In this document: in pieces, positions 8,799 to 18,750 of the stretch
Layout of the letters: the number at the start of each line of letters is the position of its first letter
Numbering within the stretch: the stretch's first letter is position 1
Source: an uncultured Thermoplasmatales archaeon
Lineage (GTDB): Archaea > Thermoplasmatota > E2 > DHVEG-1
Direction: 5' to 3'
DNA length: 64,000 nucleotides
Assembly (NCBI GenBank): GCA_964467345.1
Contig: CAYXPY010000006.1
Span: 5,303-69,302 of the forward strand
Notes under the pieces: generated by a model
What the model was told of the DNA's origin: nothing
Databases searched by the model: none
What the model saw: the letters and a program-made list of their open reading frames with translations, nothing else
Program-made: the position numbers and the translations under genes

Positions 8799-11210
8799 AT
8801 GAGAGAAAGAATCATGAGAAAGTTAATCATCCTTTTTGTAGGCCTTTTTGTGATCGCAGCAAGCATACTGCCAACCATTGGTGGCATGCCCTCAGAAACA
8901 ACAACTGCCATATCATCCGGTTCCGATGATGTTTCGATCACCATTCAACAAACAGGAGACATCACCAGCATTCATTATACCATTAACGATTTTTCCTTAA
9001 CACCGGTGGATATCGACAGCAAACAATACGTCAAGGTAAGCTTACACAGTGAACCAACCAGCCTCATCGCCGGTGCACCTGCACTTCCCTCGATAGCCCG
9101 CAGTATCATCATACCATCACAGGCAACCATGGCCCTACATGTCACCGCCGCATCCTATGAAGACTATGAGAACATCCTGGTCGCTCCCTCAAAAGGTAAC
9201 CTGCTTCGGACCGTGAACCCAGCGGACGTCCCCTATGAGTTCGGCGCAATCTACACCCAAGACACCTGGTATCCCTCAACTCTTGCACAACTCGAGGAAC
9301 CCTATTACTTGCGTGATTTTCGAGGTCAGGTCGTACGAATTTTCCCCTTCCAATACAACCCTGTTCAAGGGACGTTACGTTTCTATCATGATATCACTGT
9401 TGAGGTCGCCCCCTTGAGTCAGGTTCCATCAAGCAGCCTTACCCAGTATGCACTCACAACGATAGACAGTGATTTCCTCCCCATCTATCAGAATCATTTC
9501 ATAAACTACAATACCGCTAAATACGACCCGGTGTCCGAACAGGGCAATATGCTGGTCATCACCTATGATGCGTTTTATACGACCATGATCCCCTTTGTCG
9601 AATGGAAAAACCTCAAAGGAATTCCCACAGAGATGGTCAATGTCTCATCGATCGGTAACGCAGCCGCGATAAAAACATACGTCGCTGATTACTATAACGC
9701 CCATGGCCTGACGTTCTTGCTCCTCGTTGGTGATGCTGCACAGGTACCAACGTATTCATTAAGCGGGGTGTATTCTGACCCTAGCTATGGATACATTGTA
9801 GGGTCTGACCATTATGCTGATCTTTTCGTCGGCAGGTTCTCCGCAGAAAACGTCGAGCAGGCAGCAACACAGGCCAACCGGACCATTGACTATGAGAGCA
9901 ACCCACAGATTGACGCACAATGGTATGCGAAAGGGGTCGGTATCGCATCAAGCCAAGGGGTTGGAGATGATAATGAATACGATTATGAACATGTTCGAAA
10001 TATCCGCACACTTCTGCTCAATTTCACCTATACGGTCGTCGATGAACTCTACGATGGAAGCCAGGGTGGTGCAGACGCCCCCGGAAACCCGACACCAACG
10101 ATGGTCGCAGCTTCCTTAAACGAAGGACGCAGCATCATAAACTACTGCGGGCATGGCTCTTCAACATCATGGGGCTCAAGTGGATTTAGCAACACCAACA
10201 TCTATGCTTTAACCAACGATAATATGCTTCCGTTCATTGTATCCGTTGCTTGCGTTAACGGGGCATTTGTCAGTGGGACTTGCTTTGCTGAAGCTTGGTT
10301 GCGGGCAACTCACAATGGTCAACCGATAGGTGCCATTGGAGCATATATGTCCACTGTTAGTCAAAGCTGGGACCCCCCAATGGAAGCACAAGATGAATTC
10401 AATAACATCCTCATCGGATTATACCCTGAGAACCAAAAGACCACCTATGGCGCTCTCTGTTTCCATGGTGCGATGTCCATGATCGATGACTACGGATCAA
10501 ACGGAGAATATGAAGCAGATGCATGGACTGTCTTTGGCGACCCCTCAGTACAGGTTCGCACAAACGTCCCCTCCGTCATGGAAGTGATTCATGACAATTT
10601 TATCTCCAATGGTGCTGAGACCTTCGAGGTTGAAGTGGTTGGTCTTCCCAATGCACTATGCGCAATCTCTGCAGAAGGAGACCTCTTAGGCAATGGATAT
10701 ACAGACCAAACCGGACATGCCACCATCCAGTTCTTCACGCCACTGGGCGTCTCCGGTGAAGTTCAGCTTATGGTGACCGGATTTAACATGATACCGTACA
10801 GCGCGACACTTTCGGTTGGGGAACCAAACCTACCACCAGAGACACCAGAGAAACCAACCGGGCGACTCACCGGTGAACCAGGAAAAACCTATATGTATTC
10901 GTCAGTAACAACAGACCCGGACGGCGACGGACTCTACTACATGTGGGACTGGGGTGACGGGACCTATAGCGACTGGCTTGGCCCCTATTCATCAGGAAAC
11001 ACGGTGTCGACGCAGAAATCATGGGACACAGAGGGCAACTACTCTATCAGAGTCAAAGCAAAAGACAACTATGACCATGAGACTGCTTGGTCGGAGCCGC
11101 TGGACGTCACCATGCCGTTTAACGTCCCCTTCATCGTCAGATTCGTCGATTTCTTCCAAAGTCTCTTCCCGCATCTCTTCCAATTCTTCGAAAGACTGCT
11201 AACACTCTAA
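8799..11210 (+). CDS. Secreted C25 (gingipain-like) cysteine peptidase with propeptide and C-terminal PKD domain
   Basis: Signal peptide; LLVGD, GRFS, INYCGHG (His), VSVACVNG (Cys), FGDPS; PKD DPDGDGLYYMWDWGDG. Confidence 0.92.
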   Translation: MRERIMRKLIILFVGLFVIAASILPTIGGMPSETTTAISSGSDDVSITIQQTGDITSIHYTINDFSLTPVDIDSKQYVKVSLHSEPTSLIAGAPALPSIARSIIIPSQATMALHVTAASYEDYENILVAPSKGNLLRTVNPADVPYEFGAIYTQDTWYPSTLAQLEEPYYLRDFRGQVVRIFPFQYNPVQGTLRFYHDITVEVAPLSQVPSSSLTQYALTTIDSDFLPIYQNHFINYNTAKYDPVSEQGNMLVITYDAFYTTMIPFVEWKNLKGIPTEMVNVSSIGNAAAIKTYVADYYNAHGLTFLLLVGDAAQVPTYSLSGVYSDPSYGYIVGSDHYADLFVGRFSAENVEQAATQANRTIDYESNPQIDAQWYAKGVGIASSQGVGDDNEYDYEHVRNIRTLLLNFTYTVVDELYDGSQGGADAPGNPTPTMVAASLNEGRSIINYCGHGSSTSWGSSGFSNTNIYALTNDNMLPFIVSVACVNGAFVSGTCFAEAWLRATHNGQPIGAIGAYMSTVSQSWDPPMEAQDEFNNILIGLYPENQKTTYGALCFHGAMSMIDDYGSNGEYEADAWTVFGDPSVQVRTNVPSVMEVIHDNFISNGAETFEVEVVGLPNALCAISAEGDLLGNGYTDQTGHATIQFFTPLGVSGEVQLMVTGFNMIPYSATLSVGEPNLPPETPEKPTGRLTGEPGKTYMYSSVTTDPDGDGLYYMWDWGDGTYSDWLGPYSSGNTVSTQKSWDTEGNYSIRVKAKDNYDHETAWSEPLDVTMPFNVPFIVRFVDFFQSLFPHLFQFFERLLTL

Positions 11211-11219
11211 TCTACCGCT

Positions 11220-11260
11220 GCGTTCTTACCTTCTTTTCGGTAAGAGCGCTCTCTCTTCCT
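11220..11260 (+). terminator. Stem-loop followed by a pyrimidine tract between the gingipain and deiminase genes
   Basis: GCGTTCTTACC / GGTAAGAGCGC 11-bp stem (one G-U), 8-nt loop, then TCTCTCTTCCTTT. Confidence 0.45.
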
Positions 11261-11338
11261 TTAAAAAAAAATAGGTTAAAACACAAAGAGATTCGACTAA
11301 AAAAAAGATTGTATGAAACATTAGGGGGATAACATACG

Positions 11339-13111
11339 ATGCTGAAAAAAAACAAATTATTGGTAAGCATGCTGATGGTGTGTCTTCTTCTTAGTATGAC
11401 TAACATCGGTGCTTCTCATGCTAGAGATCAAACCACTGGTATAAGTACAGATTATTCTTTTATCTTTTCATCATCATACAGTTCTATCCGTCAACCCGCT
11501 GAATTCGAGCCAATGGAAGGCGTACTCATCCGCTATCCTTTTGGTATTACCTATAATGTCATCAAGGAAATGGCAGAAGACGTCAATGTGGTGACCATTG
11601 TTGCCAGCGTCTCAGAAAAAAACACAGTTCTTACTCAATATCAGAACCAGGGTGTGGACATTAGTCATTGCTCTTTTCTCATTGCTCCCACGGATACGCA
11701 TTGGACCCGAGATTATGGCCCTTGGTTTATCGTAACAGAGGATGACGCGCAAGGGGTTGTTGATTTCACCTATAACCGACCTCGGCCGAATGACGATCAG
11801 ATCCCTACCAAATATGCGATTAACCAAAGTCTCCCGGTGTTCGATATGCCTCTTGTGGCTACCGGGGGAAACTATATGACCGATGGACAAGGGATTGCGA
11901 TATCAACGACCTTGATCTGGGAAGAAAACACAGGGTATACCCATGAACAGATCAATCAGATAGTAGAGCAGTATCTTGGGATTGACACCTACCATGTAGT
12001 TCCTGATGTCAATGGTGAATACATAAAGCATGTTGATTGTTGGGGGAAGTATCTATCACCAGACACGATTTTGATCAGAGAGGTTCCTACGAGCCATTCG
12101 CAGTACGACGAAATCGAGACAGCCGTGGATTATTTCGAGTCTCAACTCAGCTGTTATGGGACACCGTATACTGTTGTTCGGGTCTATACACCAGAAAATC
12201 AGCCCTATACGAACTCGCTTATTTTGAATGATAAAGTATTAGTTCCTATCACTGGGAGTCAATGGGATGATGATGCGATATTGTCCTATCAACAGGCGAT
12301 GCCGGGCTACGAGGTGTTAGGTTTTACTGGATCATGGGCTTCCACTGATGCACTTCATTGCCGAGCGATGGGGATAACTGACCGTTACATGCTTTACATC
12401 GAGCATACCCCTTTATACGGCGATCAAACCAGTCAAACAGGATATGATGTCCAAGCCAGGATTATCCCCTACAGCCAGCAGAACCTTGTTTCTTCAGCAA
12501 CAGGGGTCTATTGGGGGATTGATAACAGTAGCTGGAATTTTATTCAGATGCAGTCCTTGGGAAATGATTACTATCATGCGGTGATTCCCCCGCAGGTCAA
12601 TGGAACCATGGTGTCGTATTATATCCATGCAGAGGATAGCTCTGGTCGGACTGAGGACCATCCATATATCGGTGCACCTGATGCTCATTTCTTTACCGCA
12701 AAAGGAGATGTTCAGCAGAACACGGCTCCCGAGACCCCTCAGAGACCCTCCGGTCAGTCTTCTGGGAAGGTCGGCTCGATTTATCTGTATTCAACGACGA
12801 CTACCGATGCTGATAATGACATGGTGTACTATCTCTGGGATTGGGGGGACGGGAATTTCAGTGAATGGCTCGGCCCGTTTGGCTCAGGTGCGACTGCCAC
12901 GGCGCAACATTCATGGTCTGTCAAGGGGACGTATTCGGTTCGGGTGAAGGCAAAGGATGTATACGACGCTGAGAGCAACTGGTCTGAACCTCTTTCGGTG
13001 ACCATGCCACGAAGCTTTTCCAATGTATGGCTGTTCTTTGAGAAACTGCAACAACGGTTTCCTGTTCTCTACCTGTTTTTTGAGGAATTTTTCAGCCGGC
13101 TTGGCGTGTAA
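11339..13111 (+). CDS. Secreted agmatine/peptidylarginine deiminase (PAD_porph family) with PKD domain
   Basis: Signal peptide; PAEFEP, WTRDYGP, GGNYMTDG, HVDCW, ALHCRAM (catalytic Cys); PKD DADNDMVYYLWDWGDG. Confidence 0.9.
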   Translation: MLKKNKLLVSMLMVCLLLSMTNIGASHARDQTTGISTDYSFIFSSSYSSIRQPAEFEPMEGVLIRYPFGITYNVIKEMAEDVNVVTIVASVSEKNTVLTQYQNQGVDISHCSFLIAPTDTHWTRDYGPWFIVTEDDAQGVVDFTYNRPRPNDDQIPTKYAINQSLPVFDMPLVATGGNYMTDGQGIAISTTLIWEENTGYTHEQINQIVEQYLGIDTYHVVPDVNGEYIKHVDCWGKYLSPDTILIREVPTSHSQYDEIETAVDYFESQLSCYGTPYTVVRVYTPENQPYTNSLILNDKVLVPITGSQWDDDAILSYQQAMPGYEVLGFTGSWASTDALHCRAMGITDRYMLYIEHTPLYGDQTSQTGYDVQARIIPYSQQNLVSSATGVYWGIDNSSWNFIQMQSLGNDYYHAVIPPQVNGTMVSYYIHAEDSSGRTEDHPYIGAPDAHFFTAKGDVQQNTAPETPQRPSGQSSGKVGSIYLYSTTTTDADNDMVYYLWDWGDGNFSEWLGPFGSGATATAQHSWSVKGTYSVRVKAKDVYDAESNWSEPLSVTMPRSFSNVWLFFEKLQQRFPVLYLFFEEFFSRLGV

Positions 13112-13127
13112 AAAACCGTCTTTTTTT

Positions 13128-13331
13128 TTATTTTTTTACGACTTTGTATTTGTCGATGGGATCAAGTAACGCGAGTTGTTCACCGTTATCCCATTGAACC
13201 CAGACTAATGTTTCATCTGTCTCATGCTCTATTTTTGTTACCGTCCCTCGAGCCCCTGGCTTTAATCTCGTCATGGAGTCATTGATGAAGACCAGCTCGA
13301 TTCGGTCGCCGATACTTACTTTGTTTTTCAT
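13128..13331 (-). CDS. DUF4314-like small protein
   Basis: GDRIELVFINDSMTRLKPGARGTV...VQWDNGEQLAL. Confidence 0.75.
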   Translation of the reverse strand: MKNKVSIGDRIELVFINDSMTRLKPGARGTVTKIEHETDETLVWVQWDNGEQLALLDPIDKYKVVKK

Positions 13332-13356
13332 GTGTTATCCCCCTTATTTTTTTGGA

Positions 13357-13428
13357 TGCGGGTAACGGGATTCGAACCCGTGTGACTAGCTTGGGAAGCT
13401 AATATCATAACCACTAGATCATACCCGC
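13357..13428 (-). tRNA. tRNA-Gly(CCC)
   Basis: Reverse complement GCGGGTA-TGATCTAGTGGTTATGAT-A-TTAGC-TTCCCAA-GCTAG-TCAC-ACGGG-TTCGAAT-CCCGT-TACCCGC-A folds as a cloverleaf; CCA not directly encoded. Confidence 0.95.
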
Positions 13429-13535
13429 GTATGTGCAACCACTGGCCAAACCAGATTATGCTTGTACTTTTAAATATATCTCTCTAGGCTAGGTTCTTCC
13501 TTACCTTAAGAAAAAAACATCGATTTTTTTCCCCA

Positions 13536-16500
13536 TCATCTTTTGCGAGAGAATCCAGCGATGATTCGTTTTGTAAAAAACGTTACTATTAACAAAATTA
13601 GCGATATAATCGACAGATAAAAACTGATGCTTGGTCCCCATGAGCAGGGTACAGCTGTTTGCACTGATTGACCTGGTATCGAGATATCAAGAGTGCCACT
13701 CCCCATGAAACTGCCGACCCCTACCTGTGTTAATTGGCTTAGCGCATAATAAAAAACAACCACCGTAAGAAAGATGATTATGATGCTTAAAACAGATATC
13801 ATTATGGTTGTTTTCCGCAGTTTTTTCTCTGTTAACAGACTGAAAAAAATCAAAAGACAAGTGACACCGACTAGTATAGCTAATACTCCCAACACCATCG
13901 TGACTTCAGATGGCACAGCACTGATTTCCCCTCCTGTCGCATTCGATGATTTCGTCAGAGTGATCAATTTTGAGGGTATGACCATGGTCGTGGTCGCTGT
14001 TGATACGGTGTTAGTTTCGCCACTTAATGCCCACCATGGTGATATAAGTGCAATAATGAGCAAACCAATAGCAAAAAGTTTCAGACAGGTAATGACCTGT
14101 CGTTTCCATATGAGGAACCCAAGGGTAGCGATCAGGAAAGCAATGCCAAGATAGAGAACCACGGTATGAAGAAGTGACCCTTGCGAGGTAAGGATATCCA
14201 TTTTTTTATCTCCGCGGATTTGAATCTGTTGCTGGGCGATAGGTTCGTCATTTTCACGAACAAGGATTTCGTAATCCCCTGGTGGTAACGATGCTGTAAC
14301 AGTCCCGTTCTGTTGAATCGAAATCGACTTAGTTTTTTCGTGCCTCTGAAGAGATACCTCCCCTTTTGAAAGCAAGTCTGCATAGGAGTTAAAAACGGAG
14401 AGAACAAGAACAAACTCTGCAGGAAACATTACCGCCAGGCTTGTGGTTTGTTTAAGGCTGACTTCTTGCTCCACTCGAAATGACTTATAACTCAGACTCA
14501 GCTGATACGATGCTGGGAGAAGATTTTTGAACTGATGCGATCCGTCCTTGCTTGAGTCACCTAGTATAGTGGTCGGGATAGCCATCTCACTGCTCACCAG
14601 TGTTGGATTGACATCAACAGCAGGGGGAAAACCCCAGGTGTCAGTGACCGTCACGGAGAGGCTGTATCGGTCAAGGGAAAATGATTTTTTCATATCGATA
14701 AATCGACGGATGCTATTGAGCTTTACTTGTTCTTCTCCAATTAAAAATCCTTGATAGAAGAGTTTCAACTGATACGTTTTTAAAGAATAACACGGGGCTA
14801 AAAGATGAGAGTTACCCTCGGAATCGGTTAGAGTTTCTGCGATGGTCGTATTGTCAATTTCTAAGATACATCGGACATTCTCCACCCCTACGTTATCCTG
14901 ATCGACCAAAGAAACACGAATCCCACCCTGGGGTCGACAGCGGACCCGGATAGCGGTGTCTTTCGTTAGATTCACAAGACCAAAACCAATGTACTGACGC
15001 TGCTTGGCAAATCTTGGGTTCTCCCGATAGATTTTCACAAGATACTCACCGGAATCAAGATCAGGGAAACGGATCTTCTTGAACAAAGAGAGATTCTTCC
15101 AATCAAAAATCCCCAGGGCCATCTGAATCTTCTGTCGCAGGTTCTTCCCGGTCATATTCAGCGAAATGGACCCTAGGGAAAGACGACCGACTGACCCTGA
15201 GGAACGAAAACTGTTCTGCTGATACAGCTCTGCATAGATATATGATACGTTTTTCCCCAACGCCGCAGAGAACAAGGATCCCAGTGGGACCGATCGAGCA
15301 AAATGAGCATACACGGTCAATGTAAATCGTTCTTTTTGTTCCTCTCCCTCAGTGGCGTTTCCTCGAAAGACCGGGATATCTTTAATCAGTTTTTGATAGA
15401 TCGTGGATTCTTCGTCAATTCTGGGATATCCCCCGGTTTCAACAGTTAAAAACTCTACTTTGTATTGATAGATTTTTCCCTGGTCAAGGGTGGTTTGATG
15501 GTTGCCGTTTTCATAAGCGTTTCGTGTAAGATGTAAATTTCCTGTATCTGCTTCAAGTCCTGGTAATTTGATGTTCTGCTTCGCAAAAACTTTGATTTGA
15601 ACGCCGTCATCTGAGCCCTCGGTAATCCCTGTGTTCGAGTTAAAAATGAGTCCGTGGACTTTCCCTGAACCTGCATCACCAAGACAGATCCATCCCTTGG
15701 GCCCTAGTTCCACATCGTCCTCTGTAGAAAGCACTAGCTCGCGTTCTGTGCTCTCTGGGTTCTGAGGCACGGAATACTCTTGGACGGTGTTATCTGCTGA
15801 ATAGATATACACCATGGGTAATATTTCTCCAACGTTCATTTTCTCTATCGATGCACTCCGGGATTTAATAGAAGTGATGCCCCCGATAACACCATCCAGT
15901 ACTGTTGGTTCTTCAATCGTAATAGATTTTAACATCTCATGATGACCGTCGATTAGTATTTTTTTTGCATTCGTTGGGCTATAGTAATAGGTGTAAATGT
16001 TATCTGACTTCAGATCGCCGCGTGGGGATATGCATTCTAACCGTACCCGGACCATCAGATTTCCCTGCACCAGTATTGTTTTTGTAATCTCTGTAGACCA
16101 CGATGTACCAACATAATCAGGTTCACCAGGTACACCATAACGGAAATCAAAAAATCCTACCTGATCCAAATTGTAGGTCTCAACAGCAGTAGAATTTGGT
16201 TTAAATTTAATGGCGGAAAGAGCGATGGGATTGCCAAGCAGCTGACCCTTCTGTATCACTGCATAGATGACAAAGTTCTCCTGCTTGATTCCGTAATAAT
16301 CAAAATCTATTTTTTGACCAGGGATTGGTTCATAAAAATAATGAGTATCCTCGACAGTCACATGCGTTGGGTAATCTGCTGGTGCTGTTTCTTTTGAATC
16401 GTATAGGATAAAATATTTTTCCTTTCCTGTTGCTACCTCAGGAATTAAAAACACAAGGCTGCATGATTTGATATGCGTCTCATCAGCGTGTTCGATGTCG

Positions 16501-16799
16501 TAGACCTGTGATTCGATCTCCTGCATGCCTGATCCGTCGTCCACACCGACACGGACTGAATGGGCTATCTCGTTTGTCCCCCAGCAAGGGTTCTCGAATG
16601 TAATTCTGAAATCGATGGGTTGGTATTTGGCGGTTTCATTACTTGTATCATATGGAATTGTGATTTCTTGTTTGTACGCAAGGGTATCGATCGTCGTCTC
16701 AAGATAGTCCTGAGCAGGTATCCCTGGAACAACAACAGAGGATAGGAACAGTAAAGTAATTATTAACCTGAGAAAATCCTGCTGAATCGTCGATATCAT
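13536..16799 (-). CDS. Large exported multidomain protein (1087 aa) with Ig/carboxypeptidase-regulatory-like repeats and about 4-5 C-terminal TM helices
   Basis: Long ORF with a signal-like N-terminus, beta-rich repeats (VSLVDQDNVGVENV, VTVTDTWG) and a hydrophobic C-terminal region. Confidence 0.75.
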   Translation of the reverse strand: MISTIQQDFLRLIITLLFLSSVVVPGIPAQDYLETTIDTLAYKQEITIPYDTSNETAKYQPIDFRITFENPCWGTNEIAHSVRVGVDDGSGMQEIESQVYDIEHADETHIKSCSLVFLIPEVATGKEKYFILYDSKETAPADYPTHVTVEDTHYFYEPIPGQKIDFDYYGIKQENFVIYAVIQKGQLLGNPIALSAIKFKPNSTAVETYNLDQVGFFDFRYGVPGEPDYVGTSWSTEITKTILVQGNLMVRVRLECISPRGDLKSDNIYTYYYSPTNAKKILIDGHHEMLKSITIEEPTVLDGVIGGITSIKSRSASIEKMNVGEILPMVYIYSADNTVQEYSVPQNPESTERELVLSTEDDVELGPKGWICLGDAGSGKVHGLIFNSNTGITEGSDDGVQIKVFAKQNIKLPGLEADTGNLHLTRNAYENGNHQTTLDQGKIYQYKVEFLTVETGGYPRIDEESTIYQKLIKDIPVFRGNATEGEEQKERFTLTVYAHFARSVPLGSLFSAALGKNVSYIYAELYQQNSFRSSGSVGRLSLGSISLNMTGKNLRQKIQMALGIFDWKNLSLFKKIRFPDLDSGEYLVKIYRENPRFAKQRQYIGFGLVNLTKDTAIRVRCRPQGGIRVSLVDQDNVGVENVRCILEIDNTTIAETLTDSEGNSHLLAPCYSLKTYQLKLFYQGFLIGEEQVKLNSIRRFIDMKKSFSLDRYSLSVTVTDTWGFPPAVDVNPTLVSSEMAIPTTILGDSSKDGSHQFKNLLPASYQLSLSYKSFRVEQEVSLKQTTSLAVMFPAEFVLVLSVFNSYADLLSKGEVSLQRHEKTKSISIQQNGTVTASLPPGDYEILVRENDEPIAQQQIQIRGDKKMDILTSQGSLLHTVVLYLGIAFLIATLGFLIWKRQVITCLKLFAIGLLIIALISPWWALSGETNTVSTATTTMVIPSKLITLTKSSNATGGEISAVPSEVTMVLGVLAILVGVTCLLIFFSLLTEKKLRKTTIMISVLSIIIIFLTVVVFYYALSQLTQVGVGSFMGSGTLDISIPGQSVQTAVPCSWGPSISFYLSIISLILLIVTFFTKRIIAGFSRKR

Positions 16800-16973
16800 A
16801 GAACTATAATAGTATTATCATCTATTTATATAAATATTCTTTTTAACTAAATCCAGGTGAAATATCCATGACTTTAAGAAGGGGGATATGGTCCGTAGTA
16901 TTTATAGGAAAAAACGCCGAAAGACGGTATCTTACCTTGGAGCTGGGAGACGTATCAGAAATGATGCTATGTT

Positions 16974-17312
16974 CTACGGTGTAATAACGGTATCTGATTT
17001 CATTACAATAGAGACAACCTCTTGCATGTCGATAATGCGACCTATCGCTAGTTTCTTATCGAGTTCATAAAAACCAATACAGGTTTGACAAGCCACGAGG
17101 TCAACCCCTGCTTTGGAAAGCCCGGTGAGGGCATCAAGGACCGACGATTGGGTGGTAAGCAGATTGACTGCTGAGTTATAAAATATGATCGTATCTGGTT
17201 TTTTTGGTGATGCCCAGAGTTTACGTAGGAACCCACCTATCATGGTTTTTCCCAGCTCATCGCTTCCTTTCCCGAGAACCTCGCTATGTATAATGATTGT
17301 TGTTTTTGTCAT
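16974..17312 (-). CDS. DsrE-fold, YedF-like sulfurtransferase-related protein
   Basis: LGKGSDELGKTMIGGF...PDTIIFYNSAVNL...ACQTCIGFY...GRIIDM. Confidence 0.8.
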   Translation of the reverse strand: MTKTTIIIHSEVLGKGSDELGKTMIGGFLRKLWASPKKPDTIIFYNSAVNLLTTQSSVLDALTGLSKAGVDLVACQTCIGFYELDKKLAIGRIIDMQEVVSIVMKSDTVITP

Positions 17313-17412
17313 GGTTTCACCTTATAAGATACCTTAAAACAGGTGATGTCCTAAAAACTTATGTGTCCCATAAACTATTAGTTCTTCCTCCTTATATAGT
17401 TGGTATAGTCTT

Positions 17413-18291
17413 ATGAAAAAAACAAAGTTCATCCCCAGTATTGTTCTTCTTTTATTTTTCCTTATTTCTCTTTCTGTCCCTCCAGTAATTGGTCAAGAAC
17501 CCTCATCCTCCGTTATTTATGTTGGTGGAACTGGGCTAGGGAACCATTCTAGTATCCAGAGTGCCCTTCTTACCGCTCCGATTGGTAGCGTTATCTTTGT
17601 TTACAACGGTACCTATTATGAGCATCTCATCATTGAAAAATCGATTCACCTTATCGGTGAAAACAAGGATACGACTATTATTGACGGTAATGGCGGTTCT
17701 TTTGTTGTAACACTTGCCGCTGATCATATCACTCTTTCTGATTTTACCATCACAAATAGCCAGAAAAAATTCCCATTCGCTGGTATCTATGTCACCTCAG
17801 ATTTCAACACGATTTCAGACACCATCCTAACCGATAATTATTATGGGATGCAATTAGGCTATTCAGCCGGTGGTAATCTGATTGTCAACAATTCGATTTT
17901 CCAGAACAGACAATGCGGGATTTACTTTAACCATGCATCAAACAACCGACTCATCGGCAATGTCGTCTCCGATCATCCCGTGAACGGATTTGGGCTCTAT
18001 GAATTCTCAAATAACAATGTGATTGTGAATAACACGTTTTCTTTGAATCAGCATACAGGGATAAATATCCGAGACTCCTATCAAAACCAGGTGATTGGAA
18101 ATAGATTTGATCAAGACGAGATAGGGTTGCATACACCATCTCCTGAGTATCAGACCACAGCTCGTGACAATGTTTTTCTGCAGAATCCAGTGGCCTTGGA
18201 AGAAGAGCGTGATGCAATGGTGTTCACCGTTGTTATCTTCGATATTTTAGTGTTCTTTGTGTTTGTCCTGTTAAGAAAAATATCGTTGTGA
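17413..18291 (+). CDS. NosD/right-handed parallel beta-helix protein, membrane anchored
   Basis: IYVGGTG...SIQSA...NGTYYEHLII...IGENKDTTIIDG, repeated N-x-I-x-x-N units, C-terminal TM helix. Confidence 0.85.
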   Translation: MKKTKFIPSIVLLLFFLISLSVPPVIGQEPSSSVIYVGGTGLGNHSSIQSALLTAPIGSVIFVYNGTYYEHLIIEKSIHLIGENKDTTIIDGNGGSFVVTLAADHITLSDFTITNSQKKFPFAGIYVTSDFNTISDTILTDNYYGMQLGYSAGGNLIVNNSIFQNRQCGIYFNHASNNRLIGNVVSDHPVNGFGLYEFSNNNVIVNNTFSLNQHTGINIRDSYQNQVIGNRFDQDEIGLHTPSPEYQTTARDNVFLQNPVALEEERDAMVFTVVIFDILVFFVFVLLRKISL

Positions 18292-18315
18292 TTCCTGATT
18301 TTTTAGAGATGAGAC

Positions 18316-18750
18316 TTAGGAGCGTTTTTTTCGAAGAAAGACCACTGTGGCTGTCATGACAAGAGCAAAGAGGATAAGCAGCATTAGCACATAGACAAGA
18401 GTATAAGCGATGTACCGGTCAATGATTAGGACAAAGAGAGAGTAGGCGATAATAAACCCAATACCAGCAAAACCAAACATCTGAGCAGACGGTCTTGTTT
18501 GAATGAGACGTATACAGGCGATGATGAGCAGGGCACCAGAGACAAACAAGGCAAATGCTAACGTAATTGAGTTGATGATATACCTCGATGAATAGCTCCA
18601 GATAAATCCCTGGTATGCCGTGTTCAGAGCAACCAACGAGGCAAACAACGACACGCTTCCGACCGCAAGATAAGCTGAATAGACAAGCAGCGTTTTTTTA
18701 TTTGTAAACAAGCGTGTTTCTGCGTTATTTTCTCGGTCTGATGGCATCAT
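18316..18750 (-). CDS. Four-TM hypothetical membrane protein
   Basis: Hydrophobicity pattern; overlaps the end of the upstream TIGR04282-like gene. Confidence 0.65.
   Translation of the reverse strand: MMPSDRENNAETRLFTNKKTLLVYSAYLAVGSVSLFASLVALNTAYQGFIWSYSSRYIINSITLAFALFVSGALLIIACIRLIQTRPSAQMFGFAGIGFIIAYSLFVLIIDRYIAYTLVYVLMLLILFALVMTATVVFLRKKRS

Noticed and set aside
13128-13428. DUF4314 gene next to tRNA-Gly as the edge of an integrated element
   Set aside because: No integrase, no duplicated tRNA-Gly 3' end, and no evident compositional shift.
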